From IMG/VR virus record IMGVR_UViG_3300017917_003339, positions 1-64,000 of that record: a stretch of DNA of 64,000 bases; one strand, written 5' to 3'. Positions 30,600 to 40,456 of this stretch are shown here, piece by piece (position 1 is the first letter of the stretch; each line of letters begins with the position of its first letter). The DNA comes from a virus. The notes below the pieces were generated by a model. That model was not told the DNA's origin, did not search any database, and saw nothing but the letters and a program-made list of their open reading frames with translations. Both the position numbers and the translations under genes were made by a program.

Positions 30600-31205
30600 T
30601 TATTTAATTTTTACGTTCTCAAAATCAACGTGTAAGTCTGTGGTAAATTCTTTACCGAATCTGTTTTTAACAACTTTTAAAGTTGTGTTAGGTCTTTTCT
30701 TCCAAAACAAAAGAAAATCATACCATTTTTTTCCGTGGTTAACTCTTTTAATAGCGACAAACATGTCAGCAAGATGTAATTGAGAACGATTGGTTTGAAA
30801 ACTATCGTTCTTTGGTGCAAAACGTTTTAACTGAGTTGAGACGAATATTGGTGTATTGTAGTCTTGAGACAGACGAGCCAAATCTTCATAATTTATAATC
30901 GGAAAATCAATTATCACCAAATCAAATCCCTTTTGGAAAAAAGGTTTTAAGTTAGTTTCAGGTAAGACCACAGAGTCAATAGTGATAGCACCATTAACAT
31001 CTACTTTTTTACCCAAATATTTCTCAATTCTTTTTAAGATTGGTTTAGATTTTGTTTCGGTAAGATATAATACTTTCTTCCCATCTAAATAAACCTCAGC
31101 GGCCAATATAGAAAGCAATGTGGTTTTACCACTACCAGCGTATGAACCAAAAAACACTTTTGGTTTGTCTTCTAGGTTTAGCCCTAGTAATTTTAATAAT
31201 TTCAT
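30600..31205 (-). CDS. P-loop NTPase, RecA/DnaB-like short domain
   Basis: AGSGKTT, LVIID, STQLKR, VVKNRFG. Confidence 0.65.
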   Translation of the reverse strand: MKLLKLLGLNLEDKPKVFFGSYAGSGKTTLLSILAAEVYLDGKKVLYLTETKSKPILKRIEKYLGKKVDVNGAITIDSVVLPETNLKPFFQKGFDLVIIDFPIINYEDLARLSQDYNTPIFVSTQLKRFAPKNDSFQTNRSQLHLADMFVAIKRVNHGKKWYDFLLFWKKRPNTTLKVVKNRFGKEFTTDLHVDFENVKIK

Positions 31206-32188
31206 TTTAAAGCAATCAATTTGTCGGTTACTACTTTTTTCAAGAATGTTTTCATAAGTTCAATATGCTCTGGAACGATTTTATCCTCCAATTTCCATGT
31301 GTATTTGATTGGTGGTACGTGACCGTCGCCAAGACTTGGTTCTTGTTCATGTTCAAACAAATCAGTCAAATCAAAATATTTAACCTCAGCAATATCGTCA
31401 GAAGCCTCAGGTTTTCCCATTTGGTCCCATTCATAGAACAAGAACAATGTTGTCATGATACCAGAATCTTCTCTCTCATAACGCCAATCCTTGATTTGTT
31501 GACTGGCAACATACGTTGGTTTAAGGCCAGATAATTTGGTTTCTTCAAACAACTCTCTACGAGCAGCGGTTTCATAACAATCATCCGTTCTGTCGACAAA
31601 CCCACCAACAAATCTAAATTTGTCTTCTGCTGGTTTTCTCGCTAAAAGGATTTGTCCGTTATAGTTGGCTACAACAATGTCAACAGTTGGATAAGTTACT
31701 GGTCTTTGTTTTGAAATACCGTAGATGACCCCAGCTCTGAAATCCTCAGAGTCTAACACTTCACTAGAAGCATTTGCTCTAATATCTGTAGCGTTGTGTG
31801 AAGACACTTGGTCTAGCATTTCTGTTTTGTGTTCCCCTGAATAGAAAGGAATAAATGAATCTCTGCTACCATACAAGATAGCTTGTTTTTCAGGGAATAT
31901 CGTTGCAAGAGTGTTGTCAACATTTTCAGACCATTTTTCATCGCTTCTATGGTCTGGCAACGCCATAACAATAACCTCTGGGTATCTTTCTTGGATTAAT
32001 TTTCTACGAGTTGCAAAATCCAATGGATTTCTTTTTGTGTTTTGAATTCTAGGGATTCCCAAGAAAACAACAACGTTTGAGTGCATTTCACATACTTTGT
32101 CTAAAACGCTAGTATGTCCTTCGTGTAAATATGGTGTTTGGAATCTTCCAATCATTACACCAACTTCTGGTTTTTTAATATCTTCCAT
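31202..32188 (-). CDS. Bifunctional NMN adenylyltransferase/Nudix hydrolase (NadM-Nudix)
   Basis: GRFQTPYLHEGH, NPL, NATDIR; GGFVD..AARRELFEET, ASDD. Confidence 0.9.
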   Translation of the reverse strand: MEDIKKPEVGVMIGRFQTPYLHEGHTSVLDKVCEMHSNVVVFLGIPRIQNTKRNPLDFATRRKLIQERYPEVIVMALPDHRSDEKWSENVDNTLATIFPEKQAILYGSRDSFIPFYSGEHKTEMLDQVSSHNATDIRANASSEVLDSEDFRAGVIYGISKQRPVTYPTVDIVVANYNGQILLARKPAEDKFRFVGGFVDRTDDCYETAARRELFEETKLSGLKPTYVASQQIKDWRYEREDSGIMTTLFLFYEWDQMGKPEASDDIAEVKYFDLTDLFEHEQEPSLGDGHVPPIKYTWKLEDKIVPEHIELMKTFLKKVVTDKLIALK

Positions 32189-32256
32189 TTTTTATTCTTT
32201 TACGATGCAAATATACACAAAAAATCCCAATAAAAAAATTTATTGGGACTTTTTTT

Positions 32257-33573
32257 TTAGTTAATAAAACCCATTTTGGATTTTTCTTTGTCTACTTGGC
32301 TCATATAGAAGCCTTTGTACGACTCTTTGATAAGACTCACAGTGTCTTCAAGGGTCCAATTTTCATCTTCTTCTGACATTTCAATGATGTTGTCAGCCAA
32401 GTTAGCAATAAACGCACCAGTAATATTTGGTTTTTTACCACCAATGTTTTCGGTTAACGCATCATATACTTCTTTGATTCTCCATTTCTCTGGTAAGTGG
32501 ATATCACAAACTTTGATGATTTGTTCTTCGTTCAAGAATGTGTAATCCAAAGTGAAGTTGAAACGACCTGGTCTCTCTGCCGCTTTGTCAACAAGTCCTT
32601 TGTCGTTGGTTGAAGCCAAAAGGCTGATTTTACGTTTCTTAACACCATCAAAGAATGATAAGAATTGACCAAGCATTCTTGTGTAGGACCCGTTATCACG
32701 AGAACCCAAGTACAAGTCGATGTCGTCCATGATGATTACAGCGCTTTCAAAAATCTCACATGCTTCCATGATTGAATTCAAGTCACCAGTAGTGGTAAAG
32801 TCTGGAATCACAAAGGTAACATCTGGGATAAGACGACGACAGATTTCACGGATACTTTCGGTTTTTCCCGTACCAGGCTCGCCATTCAATAAGTATCTAG
32901 CACTACCACCTCTGGCCACACGAGTAATAAAGTGTTCAATGTATCTACGTTGAACAGGAGTCATAATTAACTCGTTAGACGCCTCTTTGATGTCGATTAC
33001 AGAGATACCCTTAAAACGACCCTCGATAAGAGAAATTTTAATACACTTGCCTTTGTACTCAGAGTTGTTGAACGCAAGAGATTTGATTTTCTTGAACGCT
33101 TCTTCGAACTCTTTGTATTTGAGACCTTTCTTGCTTGTGATGTGGATTTGGTTAATTAAATCACCTCTACCATCTGTAAACATTTTGGTTTGGATAAACC
33201 ACTCATTTTCATCCTCGGCAAACGTACAGTTAAACCAGAAAGAATCAATGTTGTTGAAAGAACCACCAATAGTAATTCTACCGATGTTATCAGTGTCACC
33301 GTACATTCTAACACTGATGTCTTTGTTGTTTTTTTTGACGTATGCGTCATGAAGAAAAGAATTTACGATAGCAAATTCAACAAACGATACTTCTTCTGTG
33401 TGTTCGTTGCTAGTATAGTCATCAAATTCATCTTCATCTAGGTCGATTGGCTTAGATTCTGGGTCCGTATAAGTAATTTCTGGTTCTTGCATGTTTTTAC
33501 TTTTTTTATTTGATTTTAAAGAGTTAACAATGTCTTCAAATGGTAACTCTATTGTTTTAATCTTATTTGACAT
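32257..33573 (-). CDS. AAA+ ATPase
   Basis: GEPGTGKT, IMDDID, RPGRF. Confidence 0.85.
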   Translation of the reverse strand: MSNKIKTIELPFEDIVNSLKSNKKSKNMQEPEITYTDPESKPIDLDEDEFDDYTSNEHTEEVSFVEFAIVNSFLHDAYVKKNNKDISVRMYGDTDNIGRITIGGSFNNIDSFWFNCTFAEDENEWFIQTKMFTDGRGDLINQIHITSKKGLKYKEFEEAFKKIKSLAFNNSEYKGKCIKISLIEGRFKGISVIDIKEASNELIMTPVQRRYIEHFITRVARGGSARYLLNGEPGTGKTESIREICRRLIPDVTFVIPDFTTTGDLNSIMEACEIFESAVIIMDDIDLYLGSRDNGSYTRMLGQFLSFFDGVKKRKISLLASTNDKGLVDKAAERPGRFNFTLDYTFLNEEQIIKVCDIHLPEKWRIKEVYDALTENIGGKKPNITGAFIANLADNIIEMSEEDENWTLEDTVSLIKESYKGFYMSQVDKEKSKMGFIN

Positions 33574-33595
33574 AAAATTTGTTTTAATGGTTATT

Positions 33596-34186
33596 TTAAT
33601 GGTGGTCAACTGATTCAATTTCTCTACTTTTCATAATCTCTTTGATTTGAGAATAGCTGACTGGCTTATAATCCCATCCGTTGCAACCCATATCCAAAAC
33701 TTTACGTTTGTAATACTCTGGGTTGTTTGGTACCAGACTCTGGTGACAGTGACCGTGCAAATGCCAATCACCGTGGTGTGCTTTGTCCCATGATAATATA
33801 GGATAGTGCATTATCATTATCCCTTGATATTTTCTTGGGTTATCAGTGTCTAACACCGATAAGTTAATGTAATCGCTTACTGTTTCAAATCTGCCTAGTT
33901 TGCGTATGTCTTTTTCATTGTCATGATTACCCAATACGAAGTGTATCTTACCGTTTAGCTGGTCTACAATCGCCTTTGCAGCACCGCCAGAGCGGTCGAA
34001 GCATAAGTCACCCATGTAGATTACTGTATCGTTTACACCAACCAATTCGTTCCAATTCTCTATGAGCGTATGGTCCATCTCTTGCGAGTTGGCGAATGGT
34101 CGGTTATCGTATTTAATAACGTTAGTATGACAAAAATGATAATCAGACGCAAACCAAACGTTTTGGTTATCTATTTTTAATCTCAT
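33596..34186 (-). CDS. Calcineurin-like phosphoesterase
   Basis: SDYHF, MGD, GNHD, HYP, HGHCH. Confidence 0.88.
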   Translation of the reverse strand: MRLKIDNQNVWFASDYHFCHTNVIKYDNRPFANSQEMDHTLIENWNELVGVNDTVIYMGDLCFDRSGGAAKAIVDQLNGKIHFVLGNHDNEKDIRKLGRFETVSDYINLSVLDTDNPRKYQGIMIMHYPILSWDKAHHGDWHLHGHCHQSLVPNNPEYYKRKVLDMGCNGWDYKPVSYSQIKEIMKSREIESVDHH

Positions 34187-34769
34187 TTTTTTCTAACTGT
34201 TCTTTTAATTTTAACAGCGCTTCACTGGCGTCACCCAATGAATATGTTGCACCATGTTTTTTTGTTTCTAATTTTTTTACTTTGTTTTGGATGTTCTCGT
34301 CTCCAATTTGTTTTGCTCTTTCTAAGAAAGACTCACGTCTGATGTCACCCAACAACCAATTGATGTGTTTATCACCTCTAAGTGATTTGGTGATAACCCA
34401 ATCAAAAAATTCTTGATAGGCATCGATAGACATGAACGTTGTGGTTTTTTCGCCAGTCACCCCAAGTTTTCTATCACCAACTAATTTTTTCATTGGTGTA
34501 ATGCTAGGTGCCTTGTCATCCAACGCTAGTTTAAGACTTTCCAAAAAGTCTTTTTTGAACTGCTCAGTTTGTGTTCCTTCAAGGATGTCTTGGATTGAGA
34601 ATAGTTTATCCCCAGTTAAAACACAAACGAATGGTCCTTTTGGTCTGTCGAAAACTTTTTCAGCTTTGTTTATTGGTACATATGAACGTACCAAATGGTT
34701 TAAAAAGTTTCTCTTTTTGTTGTCGGTTAGCATAGCATCTAGCTTTGCGAAAATTTCTTGTTTGTCCAT
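34167..34769 (-). CDS. Hypothetical protein
   Basis: ORF in operon. Confidence 0.55.
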   Translation of the reverse strand: MDKQEIFAKLDAMLTDNKKRNFLNHLVRSYVPINKAEKVFDRPKGPFVCVLTGDKLFSIQDILEGTQTEQFKKDFLESLKLALDDKAPSITPMKKLVGDRKLGVTGEKTTTFMSIDAYQEFFDWVITKSLRGDKHINWLLGDIRRESFLERAKQIGDENIQNKVKKLETKKHGATYSLGDASEALLKLKEQLEKNEIKNR

Positions 34770-34771
34770 TT

Positions 34772-35167
34772 TTATGATAAAATTATGTAATTAAATACTG
34801 CAAAAATTTGAAGATAATGTAACCATTGGTCAAAGCCTATGGTGGTGAAAAACTGCCTATATTTTTTGTTTTTGTAATATCTTCCAGTGATACGACTGGT
34901 GATGTAATCCGTAATAAAATGCATCACAAATATCGACAAAGCTGCTATTACGTATTGTAATAAGGTTGCATGTAAGCCAACTATCGAAAATAGTATAAAC
35001 CATGATAGAATAGTCGTTAAAGTATAAACACCTACATGCATCCCTAACCAATAATTGCTGGTACTTTTATTGTTAGCCATTTGTTCGGTTTGCAAAACGA
35101 AATCCGCAACCCAATGAACAAATAGGAAAAATAATACGTAAGCAAAAAATATAGTAACTAAATCCAT
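34772..35167 (-). CDS. DUF3307-like membrane protein
   Basis: HWVADFVLQ, HFITD, GFDQWLH. Confidence 0.8.
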   Translation of the reverse strand: MDLVTIFFAYVLFFLFVHWVADFVLQTEQMANNKSTSNYWLGMHVGVYTLTTILSWFILFSIVGLHATLLQYVIAALSIFVMHFITDYITSRITGRYYKNKKYRQFFTTIGFDQWLHYLQIFAVFNYIILS

Positions 35168-35559
35168 TACACTTCTGCAATTATAGTAGAAACTAGCTTC
35201 ATATCAGCTAACCCTTTATATTCTTTGCTAAACAAGCCCATGATTTGACCTGCGTTTGTAAAACCGCTATTTTTGTAACCACTGATGATTTCTCTGATTT
35301 GAGCTTCATCCATCAATTGTGGTAAATACGGTTTTAAGTATTCCAACTCAGTCAAAGATTGTTCGTTGTCAGTTTGTTTAAGCGATTTTTCCAATCTACG
35401 TAGAATAGTCAATGTGTTACCGTCATTGCTAACCACATTTGGTCGCATTTCTTCATTTTGGATTTCACTCTTTAAGAGACCCAAAAAATTCTTTCTATCC
35501 ATGTCCTTGGCTTTAAACGCTTCGATAAAATCTGCGTTAATTCTTTCTTTAATTGTCAT
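35167..35559 (-). CDS. GatB/YqeY-domain protein
   Basis: AFKAKD..LKSEI, YLPQLM, GQIMG..ADMKLVS. Confidence 0.85.
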   Translation of the reverse strand: MTIKERINADFIEAFKAKDMDRKNFLGLLKSEIQNEEMRPNVVSNDGNTLTILRRLEKSLKQTDNEQSLTELEYLKPYLPQLMDEAQIREIISGYKNSGFTNAGQIMGLFSKEYKGLADMKLVSTIIAEV

Positions 35560-35564
35560 GATAA

Positions 35565-35903
35565 TTAATGTTTGTTTATGAAATAATAATGATAAGCGTT
35601 GTCTCCGTCAACAGCATAATACGCTAAAGTTAACTCACCTTTTTGTACTCTATCGGCTATGTGTTTTCTTTCTTCGATATCAGCATTGGATGCGACTCTT
35701 ATCGTTTTAAAATCTGTTTTTTTTCTTTTTTCTTCTTTTGGTTTTGGTTCCTCTATAGAAACCTCAACGGGTTTAACTTCCTCAACTTTAGGTTTTGTAA
35801 CTCTAGTCTTAACGGGTTTTGGTTCCTCAACTTTCTCCCTTTTTTTAGGAACTATGGGTTTAACCACTGGTTTAAGTTCTGCTTTTTTTCTTTCCTTAGC
35901 CAT
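35565..35903 (-). CDS. Lys/Pro/Glu-rich hypothetical protein
   Basis: ORF on coding strand. Confidence 0.5.
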   Translation of the reverse strand: MAKERKKAELKPVVKPIVPKKREKVEEPKPVKTRVTKPKVEEVKPVEVSIEEPKPKEEKRKKTDFKTIRVASNADIEERKHIADRVQKGELTLAYYAVDGDNAYHYYFINKH

Positions 35904-35930
35904 ATGTTACAAAGTTACTAAATTAAAATG

Positions 35931-36437
35931 TTAAAAACAATCTTTTAGTTGTTTTTTTTCGTATAATTCAAATCTGAATTTAAGACCATTTTCTTCGTGC
36001 ATCTCACTACCTTCAACAAGACACCAATCTTCTGAGTTTAACCCTTCCAAAAAGACATCACCTTCAATCTCGTGGTGTATTTGAGTCAAATACAATCTGT
36101 GAGCGTATTTAAACGCTTCTCTGTACAATTCAGCACCACCAATTATGAAAACTTGGTCATGGCTATTTTCGTTTGATGTTAGGATTTGTTCTAAGTCATT
36201 TGACACAATAGCACCGTTGGCCACATAATTTTCATCTCTAGTCATCACAATGTTCTTACGATTAGGCAAAGGTCTGAATTTTTCTGGTATACTCTCCCAA
36301 CACTTACGACCCATAACCACAGTGTGTCCCTTGGTTGTGTCTTTAAAGTATTTCATGTCTGTTGGCAAATGCCATGGCAAATCGTTATCTTTACCGATAA
36401 CTAAATTAGTTGACGCTGCTACGATTATGTTTATCAT
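35931..36437 (-). CDS. folA: Dihydrofolate reductase
   Basis: IGKDNDLPWHLPTDMKYFK, VMGRK, RPLPNRKN, IIGGAELY. Confidence 0.95.
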   Translation of the reverse strand: MINIIVAASTNLVIGKDNDLPWHLPTDMKYFKDTTKGHTVVMGRKCWESIPEKFRPLPNRKNIVMTRDENYVANGAIVSNDLEQILTSNENSHDQVFIIGGAELYREAFKYAHRLYLTQIHHEIEGDVFLEGLNSEDWCLVEGSEMHEENGLKFRFELYEKKQLKDCF

Positions 36438-36615
36438 CTTCTTGTTGTTTTAAGGTTTCGTCTGTTATTGATACTAGAGTGTTTTTATCGTAAGTCATTA
36501 CATCAAAAACAACTGAGCGGCCTTGGTTTAGCCAGCGTTTGAAAATGAGTTCTCCTTTTCCATTGAATAAGTACAACTCGTTTCCGTGAATTTCTTTTCT
36601 AAATGTCCCTTCCAT
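36406..36615 (-). CDS. Hypothetical protein
   Basis: ORF in operon. Confidence 0.5.
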   Translation of the reverse strand: MEGTFRKEIHGNELYLFNGKGELIFKRWLNQGRSVVFDVMTYDKNTLVSITDETLKQQEDDKHNRSSVN

Positions 36616-36617
36616 AA

Positions 36618-37529
36618 TTATGATTTTAAGGTTTCAAGCATTGTTTTAAACAATTTATGTGTTGGTAAATCGTTAGGGTCTCCAGCAAACGGATTTTCAA
36701 TCTCACTACTGATAATCTCAACCCCAGCAATTATATAATATATCAACATTACTAGTGGAACTGACCAGATACCTAAGTCATGGAACATACCGAATGGCAA
36801 TGTTAACAAATAAATCATCACACTAACTTTGATATGAAACACGTAAGACAAAGGGATTGGTGTGTTTTTGATTCTTTCCAATTGGTTAGAATATTCCATC
36901 AATTTTAAGAAAGAATTATTTAACATACCCTTTACGTTATCGTCTTGTTTAAGATATGAAACGTTTCTAAACAAACTTTCCAAGTAATTTTTTTGTTTTA
37001 CATGAAAAGCAAGTGAATGTTGATTGTCTTGACCAATGGTAAGGTAATTTCTAAGTGATAATAGAAAATCATTCAATTGTTTCTTTATTTCACGTACATG
37101 GTCCGATTCATATATATCTAAATGTGATATTCTTAAACTATTAAGTCTAGCTGTTACGATTGATACTTCGCTGGCTACACTAGCGATAATCTTTCTACCA
37201 TCCCACCAACGGTCATACGCTGTATTGGTTCTAAATACTAACAATAAACCAATCACGATACCAATAAGGCTGTGCATAGCTGATGGGATTGTAAAAGATG
37301 TTAATTCAAAATATTTTATTGAATACCAAACAACAAATGTAAACAACCCCATCCCTAGTGTTCTGTATAACAAAACCTTCAAGTAAATGTTCGGTTTAGC
37401 AAACAATAAATAAAAAATGTTACCCTTGATTTTACTCTGAATCTCGTTGGATTTAATATCTGAAATCACAACTAAGTTCTTGCCTTTTTTCGTTAAGCTT
37501 TTCAACCAATTTGGTATAAAATTCTTCAT
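36618..37529 (-). CDS. Bestrophin-family ion channel
   Basis: LLVFRTNTAYDRWWDGR, ERIKNTPIP, EIENPFAGDPNDLP. Confidence 0.9.
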   Translation of the reverse strand: MKNFIPNWLKSLTKKGKNLVVISDIKSNEIQSKIKGNIFYLLFAKPNIYLKVLLYRTLGMGLFTFVVWYSIKYFELTSFTIPSAMHSLIGIVIGLLLVFRTNTAYDRWWDGRKIIASVASEVSIVTARLNSLRISHLDIYESDHVREIKKQLNDFLLSLRNYLTIGQDNQHSLAFHVKQKNYLESLFRNVSYLKQDDNVKGMLNNSFLKLMEYSNQLERIKNTPIPLSYVFHIKVSVMIYLLTLPFGMFHDLGIWSVPLVMLIYYIIAGVEIISSEIENPFAGDPNDLPTHKLFKTMLETLKS

Positions 37530-37653
37530 TGTTTGTTTGTTGTTTAAAATTTTCTAAATAGTTTGCAGCATTCTTTACATGCACACATGTTGTACATGAA
37601 GCTATAATGTTACTAGCCTTGTTAACCGCTTTTGTTAAATCAAGTTTATTCAT
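37453..37653 (-). CDS. Hypothetical protein
   Basis: ORF in operon. Confidence 0.45.
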   Translation of the reverse strand: MNKLDLTKAVNKASNIIASCTTCVHVKNAANYLENFKQQTNNEEFYTKLVEKLNEKRQELSCDFRY

Positions 37654-37654
37654 A

Positions 37655-38074
37655 TTATTCCTCTTTAAGAGAAAGCTTTTCAAAACTCAAATTGTGGTGG
37701 TGAGATTTTTTGTTTTTCATACTAACAAACGTAAAGTTAGCAGCACATATTTCTTCAACTTCACCAGTTTGGCTTTCTCGCGTTACTGTAATTTTGATTT
37801 GGATAGAAGAACGACCTAGTCCCTTAATCTCAGCTTTCATTGTAATTAAATCACCTAAGAAGGCTGGTTTCTTGAAGTCGATTTTGTCGACACTAGCGGT
37901 AACCGCCCCATCACATTCTGTGTCATATAATGCTCTACGAACAACCTTAACACCAGCAACGTCCATCTCGGCCATTACTTTACCACCAAATAGTGTATCA
38001 GCATAATTTAAGTCTTGCGGGAACACTGTGAATGAATGAGTGGCAGTTAATCTATCACCTTTAAATTTTTCCAT
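37655..38074 (-). CDS. Acyl-CoA thioesterase (hotdog fold)
   Basis: VFPQDLN..TLFGG..MD, VTASVDKIDF. Confidence 0.88.
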   Translation of the reverse strand: MEKFKGDRLTATHSFTVFPQDLNYADTLFGGKVMAEMDVAGVKVVRRALYDTECDGAVTASVDKIDFKKPAFLGDLITMKAEIKGLGRSSIQIKITVTRESQTGEVEEICAANFTFVSMKNKKSHHHNLSFEKLSLKEE

Positions 38075-38316
38075 TACTTTAATTCTTTATTTAGTCTAAC
38101 AATAATTTTTGTAATCATGTCATTCCCATTGACGTATCCGTTGTCTTCGGCCACACCAACCATAAAACATAACGCTTCTGTTAAACAGTTTATGTCTGTG
38201 GTAATCACCTCTTTAGCTTCTTCAGCTGTTGTTGGTGGTGCCACATCCTCAGGTTTGTTTATTGAAATCGGAGTTTTGCTTTCTGTGTCGATGGTAATGT
38301 TTATTACGGTTTTCAT
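38074..38316 (-). CDS. Hypothetical protein
   Basis: ORF downstream of host-type promoter. Confidence 0.5.
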   Translation of the reverse strand: MKTVINITIDTESKTPISINKPEDVAPPTTAEEAKEVITTDINCLTEALCFMVGVAEDNGYVNGNDMITKIIVRLNKELK

Positions 38317-38384
38317 ACTAATATTTTTTGCAAATATACTAATTATTTCAACAAATACCAATATTTATAGTAAAAATTAATGTT

Positions 38385-38537
38385 ATGGCTAAAACACAAT
38401 CAAAATCAACAAGCGTTTCTGTTAGAATTGCAAAACCTAAGAAAAAAAGACCAGGCGTACACGCAAAGTCAAAGTCGTCAAAATTAAAGAAATCTAAAAA
38501 TTACTTGAAAAAGTACAAAGGACAGGGTCAAAATTAA
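38385..38537 (+). CDS. Small highly basic protein (50 aa)
   Basis: MAKTQSKSTSVSVRIAKPKKKRPGVHAKSKSSKLKKSKNYLKKYKGQGQN; ATATTTATA motif upstream and terminator downstream. Confidence 0.7.
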   Translation: MAKTQSKSTSVSVRIAKPKKKRPGVHAKSKSSKLKKSKNYLKKYKGQGQN

Positions 38538-38563
38538 AAAGAGGGGTCAAACCCCTCTTTTTT
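38536..38563. terminator. Bidirectional terminator
   Basis: AAAAAGAGGGGT-CAA-ACCCCTCTTTTT between convergent genes. Confidence 0.8.
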
Positions 38564-40017
38564 TAATATGTGTATTTAAACCACGTTTCATAATTTTTAC
38601 CTAACGCATCCAGCGCTAACTCAACTTCTTTTAAACATTCGTTGATACCGCCACCGACGAGAACTATATTGTTAAGTCTATCTATAAAATCCATAAGGTC
38701 TGGAATGTTAATACAATCATCAGAATCTTCCATAAGTTCTCTTATGTTCTCTGAACCATATTCATCAACAAACGCCCCCCAAAAATCCTCATCTAGCTCC
38801 CTAGAATCGTTTATGTTGTTATCACGCATGAATTTAACTAAGTTTACTAGTTCTTCATCATCACCACCACGGTCCATACAATTCCTAAAGAAGGCATAAC
38901 CCTTGTCGTATAAAGTAGCTTCATAAGCTATATCTTCATCAAGCCCATTTTCAAAAAGCCAATTTCTATACTCACCTTCTGATACCATACCTAAAGTGTC
39001 ATAACCATTGTATAAGAATGTAAGACCAGCTAACTCATCTATGTGTTGGTTGATATATTGAAACAATTTATATTGCATACCACCCATATATGGTGCGTAC
39101 TCTGGTTGAACATCTACCACGACTAAGTGTCTACCAACAGCGCTTTCTTTAATAAGGTCAGATTCTTTAAGTGTTTTTTGTTGTAATTTGTCTACCCCTC
39201 TATTTAATAACTTTTCCCTTACAGAGATATAATAGGTGTATAGTCGTTTAATTAAACGAGTAGCCATTTTAGGTTTAATAACTTTAAACCCTTCAAATTT
39301 TTGTTCAAATTCGTTTTTTACCCTATCAAAAGGCACCATATCAAAAGAACCATCGCTTTTTTTAAAGATTAATCTTAGATTTTTAATTGTTTCTGTGAAT
39401 CTAGCGTTTATTTCGTGTGGTAACCTTAAATAATCTTTGTATTGTTGTGGTGTGATTGGAGCGTTTTCATCTGGATAATCAGCTCTATATTTTGCAACAG
39501 TCTTATTAGCCACATATTTTCTTTTGCTTCTCCAAGCATCATAAGCATGTTGTAATTCATGTGCAACCGTATCACGCATATCATTGGTTATAATATCTTT
39601 ATAAACATTATCAACCATTTGTTCAATTGATTCTTGGGTGATAGGTCCTGATAACTTTGTTAACACATGTCTTTCTAACGATTCTTTAATTTGTTGTGGA
39701 GACAACCTTAATATTAACAAACCATCATCATCTGAATATGGTTTGAATTTCCCTGCGGTGCTATCATCACCTAATGACCTACTAAATTTAACAACTAATT
39801 TAAAATTACTTAAAAAATCATTTATTTTAGTGTATATAGCTTTGGTTTTATCAAATATATTAAAAATAGATGTAAAAACGTTTAAAGCACTTCTTTGTCG
39901 TATTGCAAGATTAACAATATTCCTAATAGCCGCTTTTAAGACATCAGCGCTCAACACACTGATATCCGTAATTGTTTCAAAATCTTCTTTTAATAGTTTT
40001 TTGATTAAATCTCTCAT
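38563..40017 (-). CDS. Two-domain late protein: HExxH metallopeptidase-like plus cysteine-hydrolase (isochorismatase-like) domain
   Basis: AHELQHAYD...HEINA; LVVVDVQPEY...VGGGINECL. Confidence 0.55.
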   Translation of the reverse strand: MRDLIKKLLKEDFETITDISVLSADVLKAAIRNIVNLAIRQRSALNVFTSIFNIFDKTKAIYTKINDFLSNFKLVVKFSRSLGDDSTAGKFKPYSDDDGLLILRLSPQQIKESLERHVLTKLSGPITQESIEQMVDNVYKDIITNDMRDTVAHELQHAYDAWRSKRKYVANKTVAKYRADYPDENAPITPQQYKDYLRLPHEINARFTETIKNLRLIFKKSDGSFDMVPFDRVKNEFEQKFEGFKVIKPKMATRLIKRLYTYYISVREKLLNRGVDKLQQKTLKESDLIKESAVGRHLVVVDVQPEYAPYMGGMQYKLFQYINQHIDELAGLTFLYNGYDTLGMVSEGEYRNWLFENGLDEDIAYEATLYDKGYAFFRNCMDRGGDDEELVNLVKFMRDNNINDSRELDEDFWGAFVDEYGSENIRELMEDSDDCINIPDLMDFIDRLNNIVLVGGGINECLKEVELALDALGKNYETWFKYTY

Positions 40018-40021
40018 TTGA

Positions 40022-40129
40022 TTATTTTAATTTACTTAGAATTTCTTCGTTTTGTCTGATTAATTTAATTCTTTTTACAATGTTACCTCTGTTAGGTTTT
40101 GCTTTGGGTTTTTCTTTTCTTCTTGCCAT
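40022..40129 (-). CDS. Small basic protein (35 aa)
   Basis: MARRKENPKAKPNRGNIVKRIKLIRQNEEILSKLK after GATATTTATA motif. Confidence 0.45.
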   Translation of the reverse strand: MARRKEKPKAKPNRGNIVKRIKLIRQNEEILSKLK

Positions 40130-40163
40130 AATATTGTTTTTACTATAAATATCTGGCCTAAAT

Positions 40164-40189
40164 AAAAAAACCCATCATATGATGGGTTT
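40164..40189 (-). terminator. Rho-independent terminator ending tRNA-like cluster
   Basis: AAACCCATC-ATAT-GATGGGTTT plus T-run. Confidence 0.75.
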
Positions 40190-40191
40190 AG

Positions 40192-40316
40192 TGGAGGGGG
40201 CGGGAATCGAACCACGCGTTTTTCAAATTTACAGTTTGCTTGATAATAAATTTATTTGCTGCAAACATTCTTTAACAGAAGCAGAATGTGTGTTTAACCA
40301 ACATTTCAACCCCTCC
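40192..40316 (-). ncRNA. tRNA-Tyr(GTA)-like RNA with helix+CAGCAA insertion
   Basis: GGAGGGG/CCCCTCC acceptor, T arm, CAAA-CTGTAAA-TTTG; insert ACATTCT..AGAATGT-TTGCAGCAA. Confidence 0.7.
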
Positions 40317-40325
40317 TTGTTTTAG

Positions 40326-40438
40326 AGCCTAGCAGAGGACTCGAACCTCTCCTTATTCACCTAACGCAGCTTGTACAATGCCACTTGGTTCTCTTTCTGC
40401 TGGGATTTGCAGCGTGCTCCCTGATACACTAACTAGGC
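40326..40438 (-). ncRNA. tRNA-like RNA (Thr-type body) with expanded central region containing CCCAGCAG
   Basis: GCCTAGT/GCTAGGC acceptor, D arm GTGT/GCAC, T arm AGAGG-TTCGAGT-CCTCT. Confidence 0.6.
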
Positions 40439-40456
40439 AAATTCATGAAGCTTTTT

